Assembly (NCBI RefSeq): GCF_004010195.1
Contig: NC_057750.1
Span: 7,974,084 to 8,038,083, forward strand
Length of the DNA: 64,000 nt
Source: Chiloscyllium plagiosum
Taxonomy: Eukaryota
Direction: 5' to 3'
In this document: one piece after another, positions 24,000 through 36,876 of the stretch
Numbering within the stretch: the first letter of the stretch is position 1
Layout: each line of letters opens with the position of its first letter
Made by a program: the position numbers and the translations under genes
Notes under the pieces: model-generated
The model's input: only the letters and a program-made list of their open reading frames with translations
What the model was told of the DNA's origin: nothing
Database searches by the model: none

Positions 24000-26586
24000 C
24001 AAATCCTTACAGTGTGGAAGCAGGCCATTCGGCCCATTGAGGGCCCTGTGAAGAACATCCACCCTGACCCAATCCCGTAATCCTGCATTTCCTATAGTTA
24101 ATCCGCCTAACCTGCACATCCCTCGACATGATGGGCAATCTATCATGGCCAATCCACTCTAGCCTGCACATCTTTGGACTGTGGGAGGAAACCCACGCAG
24201 ATTTGGGGGAGAACGTGCAAACTCCATGCAGACAGTCACACGAGGGTGGAATTGAACCCAGGTCCCAGCGCGAACCACTGAGCCACCCGAGAATGGGAGG
24301 TCCTGAGGGACTGGGTGCGAAACATAGGGGGTGGTTTGCAAACTTGGGAATAAACTGAGCTTGTAGGAAGAAAGGAAAACAATCAGTGGTTGGGATTAAA
24401 AAAGGGAATTAAGTCGAGGTAAAAATGTCATGTGCATGATGCAACACTGATGCTGCCTTGCAACAGATTCAGAGATAAGTCTGAAGCTGAGGGCGGAATT
24501 CTGAATCTCTCTTGTTATGTTTCTATCCCTGCCTCACTTTCTATGCCTTCGTCCCTTTCTGCCTACGAATATAGTTACACGTGTATATCTGTGCATTTCA
24601 AATTTCATTCTGATCACCGGTCTAAATCCAACTCGATACTAGCTCACAGAGCTTCCTTTGAGACCCCCTTAAACCCTTGATCACTTTCTTTGGCATCACC
24701 CCCTGAATTTTGTTTCTGTAGAAGTCTGCCCTTAAATTCTTAAGAAAGGGACTGGATGTAAATGACAGCTTGGCGGTTAATCTGCTGCTATGGTTAATCA
24801 TCAACTGGAAGCTGTATACAAAGATACTGCAGAAATAGCCAGCAATCACACGTTTAACCTTCAGATTCTGTTACTAATGCTATTGATTTGGTCTTCATCA
24901 CATTGCAGTTTCTGGGTGCTTGCTGTCAGTGAACTGGCAGCTACGTTTCCTGCATATTAACAGTGGCTCCACTTCAACTACTACTGGATAATGTGCTGCC
25001 TCTGTGGTTAGCGCTGATGCTGCCCAGGGACCCGGGTTCGATTCCAGCCTCGGGCGACTGACTGTGTGGAGTTTGTACGTTCTCCTCGTGTCTGCGTGGG
25101 TTTTACTCCGGGTGCTCCGGTTTCCTCCCACAGTCCAAATGTGTGCAGGTTAGGGTGGATTGGCCTTGCTAAATTGCCCCGTAGTGTCCAGGGATGCGAA
25201 GCTGAGGTGTGGGAATTGCAGAGTTCTGGGGTGGGTCTGGATGGGGTTCAACCATGACAGCCATGTTAACCAAACAGATGGTCTGACATATTACAGAATC
25301 ACAGAACTGATACAGTGCAGAAGGTGGCCATTCAGCCCATCAGGTCTGCACCAAATTAGCAGCTGACTTCTGGTCAATCTCTCTCTAACTCTGGTCATTC
25401 CTCCTTTTCCTAAAACAGCCCGATTCCCCTTTGAAAGTGAAGGATTGAATCAGCTTCCACCACGCTTTCAGGCAGCACATTCCAGATCCCAACCACTCGT
25501 TGTGGGAGAAAGCATTTTGTCACATTGCGTTTGCTTCTTATGCCAGTCACTTTAACTCTTCATTCCCCCGAGCTCAATCCCTCCACACCTTTTCCCCTAT
25601 CTACTCTGTCCAGATCCTTCACTGAACCTTTCCCATTGCACTGGCCTCTCCAGTGAACTGATTGATCCTATCTTTCAGATTGACTCACAATCAGAAACAG
25701 CAAGAGCTGCTGGGAAATAGGTAGTCTCCTTTAACAGCACCATCCAAATCCACAACTTAATCTGGTCTATCGTTTAATTTCATTTGTTAATTTATACAAT
25801 GAGGAACTATAATTGGGGCGGAACGGTGCCTCAGAGTGCTAGGAACCCGGGTTCAATCCCAGCCTCGGGCGACTGCCTGTGTGGAGTTTGCACATTCTCC
25901 CTGTGTTTGTGACACTTTCCTCCCACAGTTCAAAGATGCTCAGGTTAGGGTGAATTGGCCATGCTACATTGCCCATAACGTTCAAGGATGTGTAGGTTTG
26001 GAGCATTAGTCAGGGGTAAATGTTGGGGAATGGGTGGGTTACTCTTCAGAGGTTCGGTGTGGACTTGATGGGCCGAAGAGCCTGTTTCCACACTGTAGGG
26101 ATTCATCTTCTAATGTAGAACTTTGCTCTGTTTTCTTTATTTCTCTATTTTTGCTCAGTTTTGTAACTAGGTATTTTGTTCCTAAAGATGACACTGTGAG
26201 GCGACATTATACGTTTTTCATCATACTCCTGTACTCCTGTATTTGAGTACACATGACAACAAAAACCTAACTCTAATTCGGCAACGCCACCACCGGTGAG
26301 TTCATTCCCTGCCCTGACTTGGAAATATAATCGCCATTCGTGAAATCCCTACCGTGCAAATAGAGGTATTCTGGTCCATCAGGTCTGCACTAACTCTCCA
26401 TACAGCATCCCATCCCCCTATAACCCCACATTTTCCATGGCAACCCACCTAGGCTGCACATCCCTGGTCACTACCGGACAATGTAACATGGCCAATTCAC
26501 CTGACCTGCACATCTTTGGACTGTGGGAGGAAACCGGAGTACCCAGAGGAAACCCCCACAGACACGGGGAGAACGTGCAAACCCTT
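24000..26586. mobile_element. Cluster of HE1 SINEs (~24000-24290 -, 25000-25250 +, 25815-26105 +, 26350-26586 -) among old CR1 debris
   Basis: Recurrent V-domain and head motifs; boundaries approximate. Confidence 0.75.
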
Positions 26587-27300
26587 NNNNNNNNNNNNNN
26601 NNNNNNNNNNNNNNNNNNNNNNNNNNNNNNNNNNNNNNNNNNNNNNNNNNNNNNNNNNNNNNNNNNNNNNNNNNNNNNNNNNNNNNNNNNNNNNNNNNNN
26701 NNNNNNNNNNNNNNNNNNNNNNNNNNNNNNNNNNNNNNNNNNNNNNNNNNNNNNNNNNNNNNNNNNNNNNNNNNNNNNNNNNNNNNNNNNNNNNNNNNNN
26801 NNNNNNNNNNNNNNNNNNNNNNNNNNNNNNNNNNNNNNNNNNNNNNNNNNNNNNNNNNNNNNNNNNNNNNNNNNNNNNNNNNNNNNNNNNNNNNNNNNNN
26901 NNNNNNNNNNNNNNNNNNNNNNNNNNNNNNNNNNNNNNNNNNNNNNNNNNNNNNNNNNNNNNNNNNNNNNNNNNNNNNNNNNNNNNNNNNNNNNNNNNNN
27001 NNNNNNNNNNNNNNNNNNNNNNNNNNNNNNNNNNNNNNNNNNNNNNNNNNNNNNNNNNNNNNNNNNNNNNNNNNNNNNNNNNNNNNNNNNNNNNNNNNNN
27101 NNNNNNNNNNNNNNNNNNNNNNNNNNNNNNNNNNNNNNNNNNNNNNNNNNNNNNNNNNNNNNNNNNNNNNNNNNNNNNNNNNNNNNNNNNNNNNNNNNNN
27201 NNNNNNNNNNNNNNNNNNNNNNNNNNNNNNNNNNNNNNNNNNNNNNNNNNNNNNNNNNNNNNNNNNNNNNNNNNNNNNNNNNNNNNNNNNNNNNNNNNNN
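26587..27300. other. Assembly gap (714 N)
   Basis: Run of n; ORFs spanning it are artefacts. Confidence 1.
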
Positions 27301-27425
27301 CTCCTCTAGCTTATCTCTCCACGCTTCAGGCTCTCTGCCTTTTTTCCTGATGAAGGGCTTTTGCCCAAAACGTCGATTTCGCTGCTCCTTGGATGCTACC
27401 TGAACTGCTGTGCTCTTCCAACATA
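27301..27425 (+). mobile_element. PLE pLTR fragment with family A hammerhead (G12>A)
   Basis: ttc CTGATGA a GGGC tttt GCCC aAAA CG TC gatt at 27344-27378. Confidence 0.8.
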
Positions 27426-28817
27426 CACACACACACACACCAATACAAGAAAACATCCCTAAATACACTCCAGCAGATGAGGGGTCAGAAACCTGGCTGT
27501 AAGTCACAAATCTGATCCCCAGCAGCAGTCTGGACATCTCAGCCCACCGAGAAGTTGGGGTTAAGGCAAAGTACACCTTTCCCTGCATGTTGCAGTCTGG
27601 AACTATGGATAGTGATGAGAGAAGCTCCAATGTTTTCTCACATGGCCATCAGGGCCTGTTGGAAGGATTTGGAGGTCAATATTGGACCTGTTTGGTCTTG
27701 TTCTGATTGCACCTTCCCTGAGCATCAAATCCTGGAATGGGACTCAATTTGTATCTCAGAGGTGGGGACACTACCCACTGCACCACAAGACATCCTCATC
27801 ACCATTGCAATCAGGAATTAATGCGATCTTACAGTCTACCACTGCTCATTGTATTGTAAGGACCTCCGGGAAAGCCACAGCCCACAGAATGAAGCATGGG
27901 GTCAGTTAGCTGAATGAGTTGTGAAACTAATAGCATGGGGTCAGTTCCCTAACCAACCGAGGTATTCAAGATAGGTTATCCTTCTCAATCTCTCCTCTCA
28001 TCTGAGGTGTGGTGACCCTCAAGTTAAACTACCAGCAGTAGTCTCTCTCAAATGAGAGAGTGGGACTATGGCAGCTTAAAATCCCTACAGTGTGGAAAGA
28101 GACCATTGAGTCTGCACTGACCCTCCAAAGGGCATCCTACCCCCCACCCTATCCCTGCAACCTTGCATTTCCCCCTGGCTAACCTACCTCACCTGCACAT
28201 CCCTGGACTATGGGCAGTGGGAGGTACTGTCATGTAAAAGTAATGCAACTTCTTTTCTCTTTATACCTCTTTGGTACCTAAGATTTGTACCTAGTTACTT
28301 GTACCTAAGATGGTTCCAGAAGAGGTGACGTTGCAAAACTTTTCATGACAATAAAGGATATTCTATTCTGTATGGCCAATCCACCTAACCTGTACATCTC
28401 TGGAGAAAACTCACGCAGACACGGGGAGAAGATGTAAACTCCACACAGTCAGTTGTCTGAGGCTGGAATCAAACCTGGGTCCCTGCTGCTGCGAGGCAAC
28501 AGTGCTAACCACTGAGCCACAATACTGCCCTAAAGTTTACCTAATGAATGAAATATAATTGGGGTTTTAGCCATATGCTAATTAGTTTCACTAACTCTGA
28601 AAATCTAATCTATATCTGAGAAATGCCAATTTTATCTAAAGTTTTTAAAAAAACCCATTTTCAATTTTTTTTTTGTTTTGAAAGGTTTCCCTTTAACTGG
28701 CACCGTATTACTGACATAGTTACTTATTTCTCCAACTGAAAATTGAGAAGTCAAGGATTTTGAGCACTTCTAACTTCCTGGTTTGCTCTCTGCATGAAAG
28801 CTTCAATGTGTATAATT

Positions 28818-29283
28818 AGAGGCATAGAGACGTACAGCACGGAAACAGACCCTTCGGTCCAACTTTTCCATGCCTACCAGATATCATAAATTAATCTAGT
28901 CCCATTTGCCAGCATTTGGCCCATATCCCTCTAAACCCTTCCTATCCATGTACCCATCCAGATGCCTTTTAAATGTTGTAATTGTACCAGCCTCCACCAC
29001 TTCCTCTGGCAGCTCATTGCATACACGCACCACCCTCTGTGTGAAAAGGTTTCCCCTTAGGTCCCTTTTATATCTTTCCCCTCTCACCCTAAACCTATGC
29101 CTTCTAGTTCTGGACTCCCCTACCTTGGGGAAATGACTATTCACTCTATCCATGCTCCTTATGATTTTATAAACTTCTATAAGATCACTCTTCAGCCTCC
29201 GAATCTCAAGAGAAAACAGACCCAGCCTACTCAATCTCTCCTTATAGCTCAAATCCTCCGACCCTGGCAACATCTTTGTAAGT
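28818..29283 (-). mobile_element. CR1/HER1 LINE 3' fragment
   Basis: ORF 28896..29327. Confidence 0.92.
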
Positions 29284-29593
29284 CTTATCACTAACACTGC
29301 ATGCCAGGGGAGCCCTTGACTTGGCAACAGACATTAAACTGTCATTGGGAAGAGGGAGATCCCTGCTATGAGTATCACCAGATCTCTGTGAGCAGTATTA
29401 ATTGGTGTCACAGTGGATTGCCATTGATCTTCATTGCTGATAACTAAAATACAGGTTCACAGGTAAATACAGTGCCCTGTTCTAGTGAAACACTGTCTGC
29501 TTGATCTTTCTGACAGCTTTTACTGCCACCCTCTGGTCAAATGCAAGATTACATCATCAGGATTCTTGCCAGCAATCTTACAACAATAACTGA

Positions 29594-29826
29594 GTTAAAA
29601 ATCACACAACACCAGGTTATAGTCCAACAGGTTTAGTTGGAAGCACACTAGCTTTCGGACCGTCGCTTCTTCATCAGGTGGTAGTGGGTAGTGCCACTAC
29701 CACCTGATGAAGGAGCGACGCTCTGAAAGCTAGTGTGCTTCCAATTAAACCTGTTGGACTATAACCTGGTGTGTGATTTTTAACTTTGTACACCCCAGTC
29801 CAACACCAGCATCTCCAAATCATGAT
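29594..29826. mobile_element. PLE-derived near-perfect palindrome with two divergent hammerheads (family C), 9-bp TSD
   Basis: Arms ~29594-29687 / 29694-29783; TSD aataactga at 29585-29593 and 29827-29835. Confidence 0.85.
29701..29735 (+). ncRNA. Minimal type I hammerhead ribozyme motif, core intact
   Basis: CAC CTGATGA a GGAGC gac GCTCT GAAA GC TA GTG; stem I CAC/GTG; palindromic AGCT stem III; predicted cleavage after A29732. Confidence 0.72.
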
Positions 29827-30287
29827 AATAACTGAAATTTACCTGGTAACTTTGAGTGGAACTCAATTTCTGAAGAACAGCCATATTGGACTTGAAACAT
29901 GAACTGTGTTTCTACCTTCACAGACGCTGTTGAGCTTTTCCACCTCTTGGTGTTTTTATTTTAATTTCAGATCTCCTGCATCCGCAATATTGTCGAAATA
30001 ATGTAGCACCTTTAACACGTAGCGCCAAGAATTTTTCAAAGTATTACATTAAACCTCATGCAGAGATATTAGGTCAGACGACTAAAAGGCTTGGTCAAAC
30101 AAGTGGGTTACCAGAGGGAATCTTGGTTAGTTCAGATGGCTGGTTTGTGATGCAGTGACAACATCTCAAAGGTTCGATTCCCACGCTGGCTGAGGTCGCC
30201 ATGATGGACCCTCAATTGATCTGTGATGACCCTCAGGTTAAACCACCACAGTAGACTCACTTTTGAGTGAGATCGCAGTGTACTCAT

Positions 30288-32930
30288 TGAGTTATAAAGC
30301 AGAGAAATAGACCCTTCGGTCTAATCAGTCCATGCCGATCATGTTCCAAAACTAAACTAGTCCTGCCTGTCTGCACTTGGCCCATTTCCCTCCAAACATT
30401 TCTTATTCATGAACTTATCCAAATATCTTTTAAACATTGTAACTGAACCCACATCCACCACTTCCTCTGGAAGCTCATTCCACACACGAACCACTCTCTG
30501 CGTATAAAAATGCCCCCCATATCTTTCTAAAATCTCTCTTCTCTCACCTTAAAACCAGGCCCCCCATCTTGAAATTTCCCATCCAAGGGAAAAGACACCT
30601 GCCATTCATCTTAGCTATACCTCTAATGGTTTTATAAACCCCCATAAGATCACTTCTCAACCTCCAACACTCCAGTAAAAAATGTCCCAGCCTCTCTTTA
30701 TAATTCAAACCTTCTGTTCCCAACAACACCCTGGTAAATCTCTTCTGAAACCTCGCCAGCTTAATAACATAATGTGCTTAATATTATACTTGTGGTTATT
30801 TGTGCATGAAACTCCAAAAGCTAGCACACAGAGGGGTAACAGAGAATCATCAAGGCTCTTATTTCAAATGGGTTGGTGTATAAGAGTAGGGAGATATTCC
30901 TGTAACTGTACAAAGTGCTGGTGAGACCACATCTGGAGTAGTGTGTGCAGTTTTGGTGTGCCTTATTTAAGGAAAAATATTATTTCATTGGAGGGAATTC
31001 AGGGAAGGTTTACTGGGATGGTCCCTGCTATAGAGGGATTGTCTTATGAGCAAAGGTTAAACTGATTGGGACTCTACTCCCTGGAGTTTAGAGGAATGAA
31101 AGGTGATCTCATTGAAGCATAGACTTCTTGAGGGGTTTGACAAGGTAAAAGCTGAGAGGATGTTTCCCTTCATCAGATGGGCCAGTGGGCTGAGGAGTGG
31201 CAGATGGAGTTTAATTTAGATAAAGGAGGGATGCTGCATTTTGGTAAGGCAAATCAGGGCAGGACTAATACATTTAATGGTATGGCCCTGGGGAGTGTAG
31301 CTGAACAAAGAGACCTCGAGGTGCAGGTGCATAAGTTCCTTGAAAGTGGCATTACAGGGTAGGGAAGAAGGCATTTGGCATACTTGCGTTCATTGGTCAG
31401 TGCTTCGAGTATAGGGGTTGGGGTATCATGTTGCAATTGTGCAGGACGTTGGTGAGGCCAATTTTAGAATACTACATTCAATTCTGGTCTCACTGCTGTA
31501 GAAAGATGTTGTTAAACTGGAAAGGGTTCAGAAAAAATTTACAAGGATGTTGTCAGGTTTGGAGGGTTTGAGCTATAGGGAGAGGCTGAATAGGCTGGGG
31601 CTGTTTTCCCTGGAGCATCAGCGGTTGAGGGGTGACCTTATAGAGGTTTATGAAATCATGAGGGGCATGGATAGGATCCAAAACTAGAGGTCAAAGATTT
31701 AAGGTGAGAGGGAATATTTAAAAGGGACCTCAGAGGATGGTGCGTGTATGGAGGAAGTGGTGGAGGCTGGTACAATTACAGCATTTAAAAGATGGGTATG
31801 GGACAAATGCTGGCAAATGGGACTGGATGAGTTTAGGAAACTTGGTCAGCCTGGCTGAGTTGGACCAAAGGGTCTGTTTCCCATCTGTGACTTAATGACT
31901 CTGACTCATGGGAGTCCCAAGGGCCAGAGGGCATATTCTCAGACAAAAAGAAGCACTAACGTAAGACTGAGGAATTTCTTCTCTCAGAAAGTTGAGAGTC
32001 TTTGGAACTCCTTAGAACATAGAACATAGAAAAGTACAGCACAGAACAGGCCCTTTGGGCAACGATGTTGTGCCGAGACATAATCCGAGTGTAAAATATA
32101 GTAACTTAACCTACGCACACCTCAACTCACTGCTATCCATGTGCATGTCCAGCAGTCACTTAATTGTCCCCAATGACTTCGCTTCCACCACCTTAACTGG
32201 CAACGCATTCCATGCATTCACAGCTCTCTGCGTAAAGAACCTACCTCTGATGTCTCCTTTATACCTTCCTCCTAATATCTTCAAACTATGACTCCTTGTA
32301 CCAGTCAATCCTGCCCTGGGGAAATGTCTCTGGCTATTGACTCTATCTATTCCTCTCATTATTTTGTACACCTTGATCAGGTCTCCTCTCTTCCTCCTTC
32401 TCTGCAGAGAGAAAAGTCCAAGCTTATTCAACCTTCCTTCATATAGCAAGCGCTCCAGTCCAGGCAGCATCCTGGTAAACCTTCTTTGCACCCTCTCCAA
32501 AGCATCTGTATCTTTCCTATAGTAGGGCGATGAGAACTGGACACAATATTCTAAGTGAAGTCTCACCAGGGATTTGTAGAGCTGCAGCAAAACCTCGCGG
32601 CTCTTAAACTCGATATCCCTGTTAATGAAAGCCAAAACACCATATGCTTTCTTAACAACCCGATCCACTTGGGTGACAACTTTGAGGGATCTGTGTACTT
32701 GCAGACCTAGATCTCTCTGTTCCTCCACTCCGCCAAGAATAGTTCTCCTTGCCATAGAGAACTTTGGGGACAGAGTCCTTGAGATAGACACTTGTTCAGT
32801 CAGGGTATCAAAAATTGCGAAAATACAGGAAAGTGGATGTGAGGAACGTTGGATCAGCCATGATCCTATTGAATAGCAGAGCAGGCTCGAGGGGCCCAAT
32901 GGCCTACTCCTGTTCCTACTGCCTAAGATC
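30288..32930. mobile_element. Nested CR1 LINE cluster (30288-30770 -, 30800-31170 +, 31170-31905 +, 32015-32740 -, host remnants to 32930)
   Basis: ORFs 30544..30729, 31177..31362 and 32156..32899 are all CR1 RT C-termini; (TAGAACA)n reverse tail at 32013-32030. Confidence 0.85.
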
Positions 32931-33261
32931 TTCTGGTGTGGTCTAGTTCGATTATGGAGACTTTACCTTTTAAGGGAGAGGTTTTGGGAGGAGGGTCCAA
33001 TGGGCCTTGTGTGGGCCAGTTTGGTGGTGTGTTTGTACTTGTGTTTCTCTCTCTGTCTTCCCTCCCGGCCAAGCCTGACGAGACTGTCAGGCTCCAGGTT
33101 CCACTGGCTTCTCTCTGCTCAGCAACCACTTCACACAAACCCACCCCCAGTGATCACAAACAGTGAGTATGGGTGCAATACGTGACAAAACACCAGGTCG
33201 ATGCAGCAAAGCTGAGGCCAGCTCACACCGTCTACACACATTATTCTCTTAAACTGAAAGT

Positions 33262-33815
33262 AAAGGTCTCTCTACACTGTCCCCATCAAACAGTCCCAGG
33301 ACAAGGACAGCAAGGGATTAGATACAGCATAAAGCTCCATCTACACTGTCCCCATCAAACAGTCCCGCGACAGGGACAGCACGGGGTTAGATACAGAGTA
33401 AAGCTCCCTCTACACTGTCCCCAGCAAACACTCTCAGGACAAGGACAACACGGGGTTAGATACAGAGTAAAGTTCCCTCTACACTGCCCCATCAAACACT
33501 TCCAGGACAGGGACAACACGGGGTTAGATACAGAGTAAAGCTTCCTCTACACTGCCCCATCAAACACTCCCAGGACAAGGACAGCACAGAGTTAGATACA
33601 GAGTAAAGCTCCATCTACACTGCCCCATCAAACACTCCCAGGACAGGGACAACACGGGGTTAGATACAGAGTAAAGCTTCCTCTACTCTTTTAAACAGAA
33701 AATGAATGTCTCTCTACTCTTTCAAATGGAAGTAAAGCTCCCTTGACACAGTCTCCATCAATCATTCCAGGATAGGGACAGCATAGGGTTAAATACAGAA
33801 AAACTGCCTCTACTC
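33262..33815 (+). repeat. 69/68-bp satellite array (six full units plus degenerate flank)
   Basis: Unit tctacactgtccccatcaaacactcccaggacagggacagcacggggttagatacagagtaaagctccc starting at 33271, 33340, 33409, 33478, 33546, 33614, partial at 33682. Confidence 0.95.
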
Positions 33816-34639
33816 TTATAAACTGCAAATAAATGTTCCTTGACACTGTTCCAGGTAGGGGAGCCTTGGATGAGTACACCTTGCCCTAATGTAGATTTTT
33901 ATTTTAAAATCAACTTGCTCAGGCATGTTATGACTCATCTCTGAAGCAAGGGGGAAACCCACACCTAAGCCTCCTGGCTCAGATGCAGGGCCATTACCAC
34001 AGTAGCTCCATTAATTGATACATGAATGTGACACACCCTCTAGAGGGAATGGGATGTGAACCCAGGCCTCCTGGCCAAGAGGCAGGGATATTACCACAAC
34101 TCTTCCTGCCCTGATGTATGGCTGCCACTATGAATTTTCCACCTTGATTGACATTAGTTGGGTCTCAATGGGTATCACACCTGCTTCTGGATCAGTCATA
34201 TGTAGTTTACTCTGGTAACCTGAACATCACAATCCAGGTTAGCATTGTGGGAGGAAGCCCTGTCCTCAATATGAGATGATAAACTGAAGTTTCTCATTGT
34301 GGGTGGATGTGAAAATCAATCCTTCTGGGTAACGAAATGTTTATCAATCTTAGATTCATCCTGGTTGATTGATATGAGAGATTTTCGAACTTCTATCACT
34401 CTTTGTGTGTTAAATGTTCCCTAATTTCACGTTTGAAAGGTCTGGCTGTAATTTTTAGACTGTCCCCTAGTCCTTGCCCCATTCAGCTCCCCTCTCAGCC
34501 ACTGAAAATCTGTTCACCATTTTATTTGGAAACATTTGATACAATCATTCCTTAACCTTCTCAGTTCTAAGCAAGATAATCCTATTATATATGTCTCTGA
34601 TAGTATAAACAATACATATAAGTTATGCCAATACTGATA

Positions 34640-34790
34640 CATATGAGTGTGTGTCGGTATGTATGTGTGAGTGTGTGTATGTCAGGGAGTGTGTTTGAGT
34701 ATGTCTGAGTGTGTGTGTGTGTGTGAGTCTGTGTATGTGTATGTGTATGTGTGAGTATATGTGTGAGTGAGTGTATGTGTGTGTGTGTAT
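34640..34790 (+). repeat. (GT)-rich compound microsatellite
   Basis: Direct reading. Confidence 0.9.
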
Positions 34791-35042
34791 TCCACACTCA
34801 ATGAGAATGTTTAAGAGTATGTCAATTTTACTTATTAAATATTTACCATATTTTCCTATTTTACAGTATACAGAGGGGATGTGTGCAACCTGGCTAGACT
34901 CGCATTTATTACCCATCCCTAATCGAAGGCAATTAAGAGTTACTTACGTTGCTGTGGGTCTGGAGGCACATGTAGGCCAAACCGGGTAAGGATGGCAGAT
35001 TTCCTTCCCTAAAGGAAATCAGTGAACAAGGTGGGGTTTCCA

Positions 35043-35352
35043 GCATGGTGGCTCAGTGGTTAGCACTGCTGCATCACAGCACCAGGGTCCCAGGTTCGAT
35101 TCCAGCCTCGGGCGACTGTCTGTGTGTGGAGTTTGCACATTCTTCAGTGTCTGCGTGGGTTTCCTCCGGGTGCTCTGGTTTCTTTCCACAGTCACAAAGA
35201 TGTGCAGGTCAGGTGAATTGGCCATGTAAAATTGTCCATAGTGTTTGGTGCATTAGTCAGAGGGAAAAACGGGTCTGGGTGGGTTGCTCTTCAGAGGGTT
35301 GGTGTGAACTTGTTGGGCCAAAGGGCCTGTTTCCACACTGTAGGCAATCTAA
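35043..35352 (+). mobile_element. HE1 (V-SINE)
   Basis: Full head, V-domain and tail. Confidence 0.9.
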
Positions 35353-35706
35353 TAGAGAAAACTGACAGAGATTATATGGTCCAATTACGCTAGCCTTTTC
35401 ATTCTGAATCTTGCACGAAAACGGATTTCAAATTTCACCCTCTGCTTCGGTTGTATTTGAACCAGTTGTTAACGAAGGGTTTTTGACTAATACAAAAGCT
35501 GACGTTATGGATCGTACCAAATCCCCTTCAAATATATCAAGGAGATTAACCTTGATCTTAACTTTTATCTTATTTAAAAGCAAGTGTGAGGTACTGTGTT
35601 TCAGAACTAATTTGATTGGTGACATTACTCGGTTTTAAGCCAAACACACTTTACCCTTTCTCTACAGTTAAAATACAAACAAAAGAAAGAAGAATTGATA
35701 TAACTT

Positions 35707-36456
35707 TGTTATGGACCAGACCAAACCCCCTCAAAATATTTTAAGAAGGTAGCCCACCCTAACTTTTCCTTATTTTAAAGGTAGATGTGAAGTGTATGTT
35801 CCAGATGTGATGTTACTGGTCAAACTACTTGACATTAAGGAAAACAAGTTATTTAAACATTGGAGTCAAAATACAACGAAAGAAAGAGGAATAACTTAGA
35901 ATAACTTAACTGTATTGGAAAACTTAATAGACTAATAGATACAGTAAATATTACTAATTAACTGTTCCAATATAGTAACATCCCATAAACACATCCCTTG
36001 GCAAAAAGGAAAATTCAGATACAGATTCTTACATGCGGTTCTCCAATCCAGGAGGGAAAAAAAACATTGAGAAAATTCAGAGAGAGTTGCAGCCTGGAGA
36101 CATTCACTGAAGCCAACAACTCTGCTGAGGCCCCAAAGGTTTCTAATGCTCCTGAGTGCTGATCACACCCATTTTAAAAAACCCAAGGCCTGCCAAGCTG
36201 TTCACTCAAGTGGGCTGAACTAGCCAGCTTGGCACCTCTGCCTTACAGGGCAAAAGTGAGGACTGCAGATGCTGGAAACCAGAGTTTAGATCAGAGTGGT
36301 GCTGGAAAAGCACAGCAGGTCAGGCAGCATCCACGAGAAGCAGATTCCTGATGAAGGGCTTTTGCCCAAAACGTCGATTTTCCTGCACCTCTGCCTTACA
36401 GCCTTACCACAAAATACTAGGACAAAATAACCTCTTGAAGCTACATCATCATCACA
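35707..36456. mobile_element. Inner solo LTR of the same family (TG...CA, 4-bp TSD actt)
   Basis: actt|tgttatggacc...catcatcaca|actt; 4-bp TSD consistent with Gypsy/ERV1-type integrase. Confidence 0.82.
36249..36384. mobile_element. PLE-derived family A element with hammerhead (G12>A), 17-bp TSD
   Basis: TSD gcacctctgccttacag at 36232-36248 and 36385-36401; CTGATGA at 36348-36354. Confidence 0.85.
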
Positions 36457-36547
36457 ACTTTAACTCTATTGGAAACTTTAACAGAATAATCGATTATTTA
36501 ATGACTAAACAGCATTGTTCCAATATAAAGCAGCCCATAAACAGCCC

Positions 36548-36876
36548 GTGGGCGGCACGGTGGCACAGTGGTTAGCACTGCTGCCTCACAGCGCCCGAGA
36601 CCCGGGTTCAATTCCCGACTCAGGCGACTGACTGTGTGGAGTTTGCACGTTCTCCCCGTGTCTGCGTGGGTTTCCTCCGGGTGCTCCGGTTTCCTCCCAC
36701 AGTCCAAAGATGTGCAGGTCAGGTGAATTGGCCATGCTAAATTGCCCGTAGTGTTCGGTAAGGGGTAAATGTAGAGGTATGGGTGGGTTGCACTTCGTCG
36801 GGGCGGTGTGGACTTGTTGGGCCGAAGGGCCTGTTTCCACACTGTAAGTAATCTAATCTAATCTAATCTAATCTAA
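36548..36876 (+). mobile_element. Young HE1 (V-SINE)
   Basis: CpG-rich, intact head and (CTAAT)5 tail; flanked by ataaaca. Confidence 0.95.

Noticed and set aside
26437..27630. Long ORFs of 275-377 aa
   Set aside because: Artefacts of reading through the 714-N gap.
29523..29540. CTCF-like motif (ctgccaccctctggtca), also at ~34013 and ~62651
   Set aside because: Each has two or more mismatches to the core; not supportable without a PWM scan or ChIP data.
32156..32899. 247-aa ORF as a host gene
   Set aside because: It is the CR1 ORF2 C-terminus with a LINE tail.
33262..33700. CRISPR-like regularly spaced repeats
   Set aside because: Whole units repeat with no unique spacers, there are no cas genes, and the context is eukaryotic; it is a satellite.
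36548..36625. tRNA gene
   Set aside because: tRNA-derived HE1 SINE head continuing into the V-domain; no complete cloverleaf or terminator.
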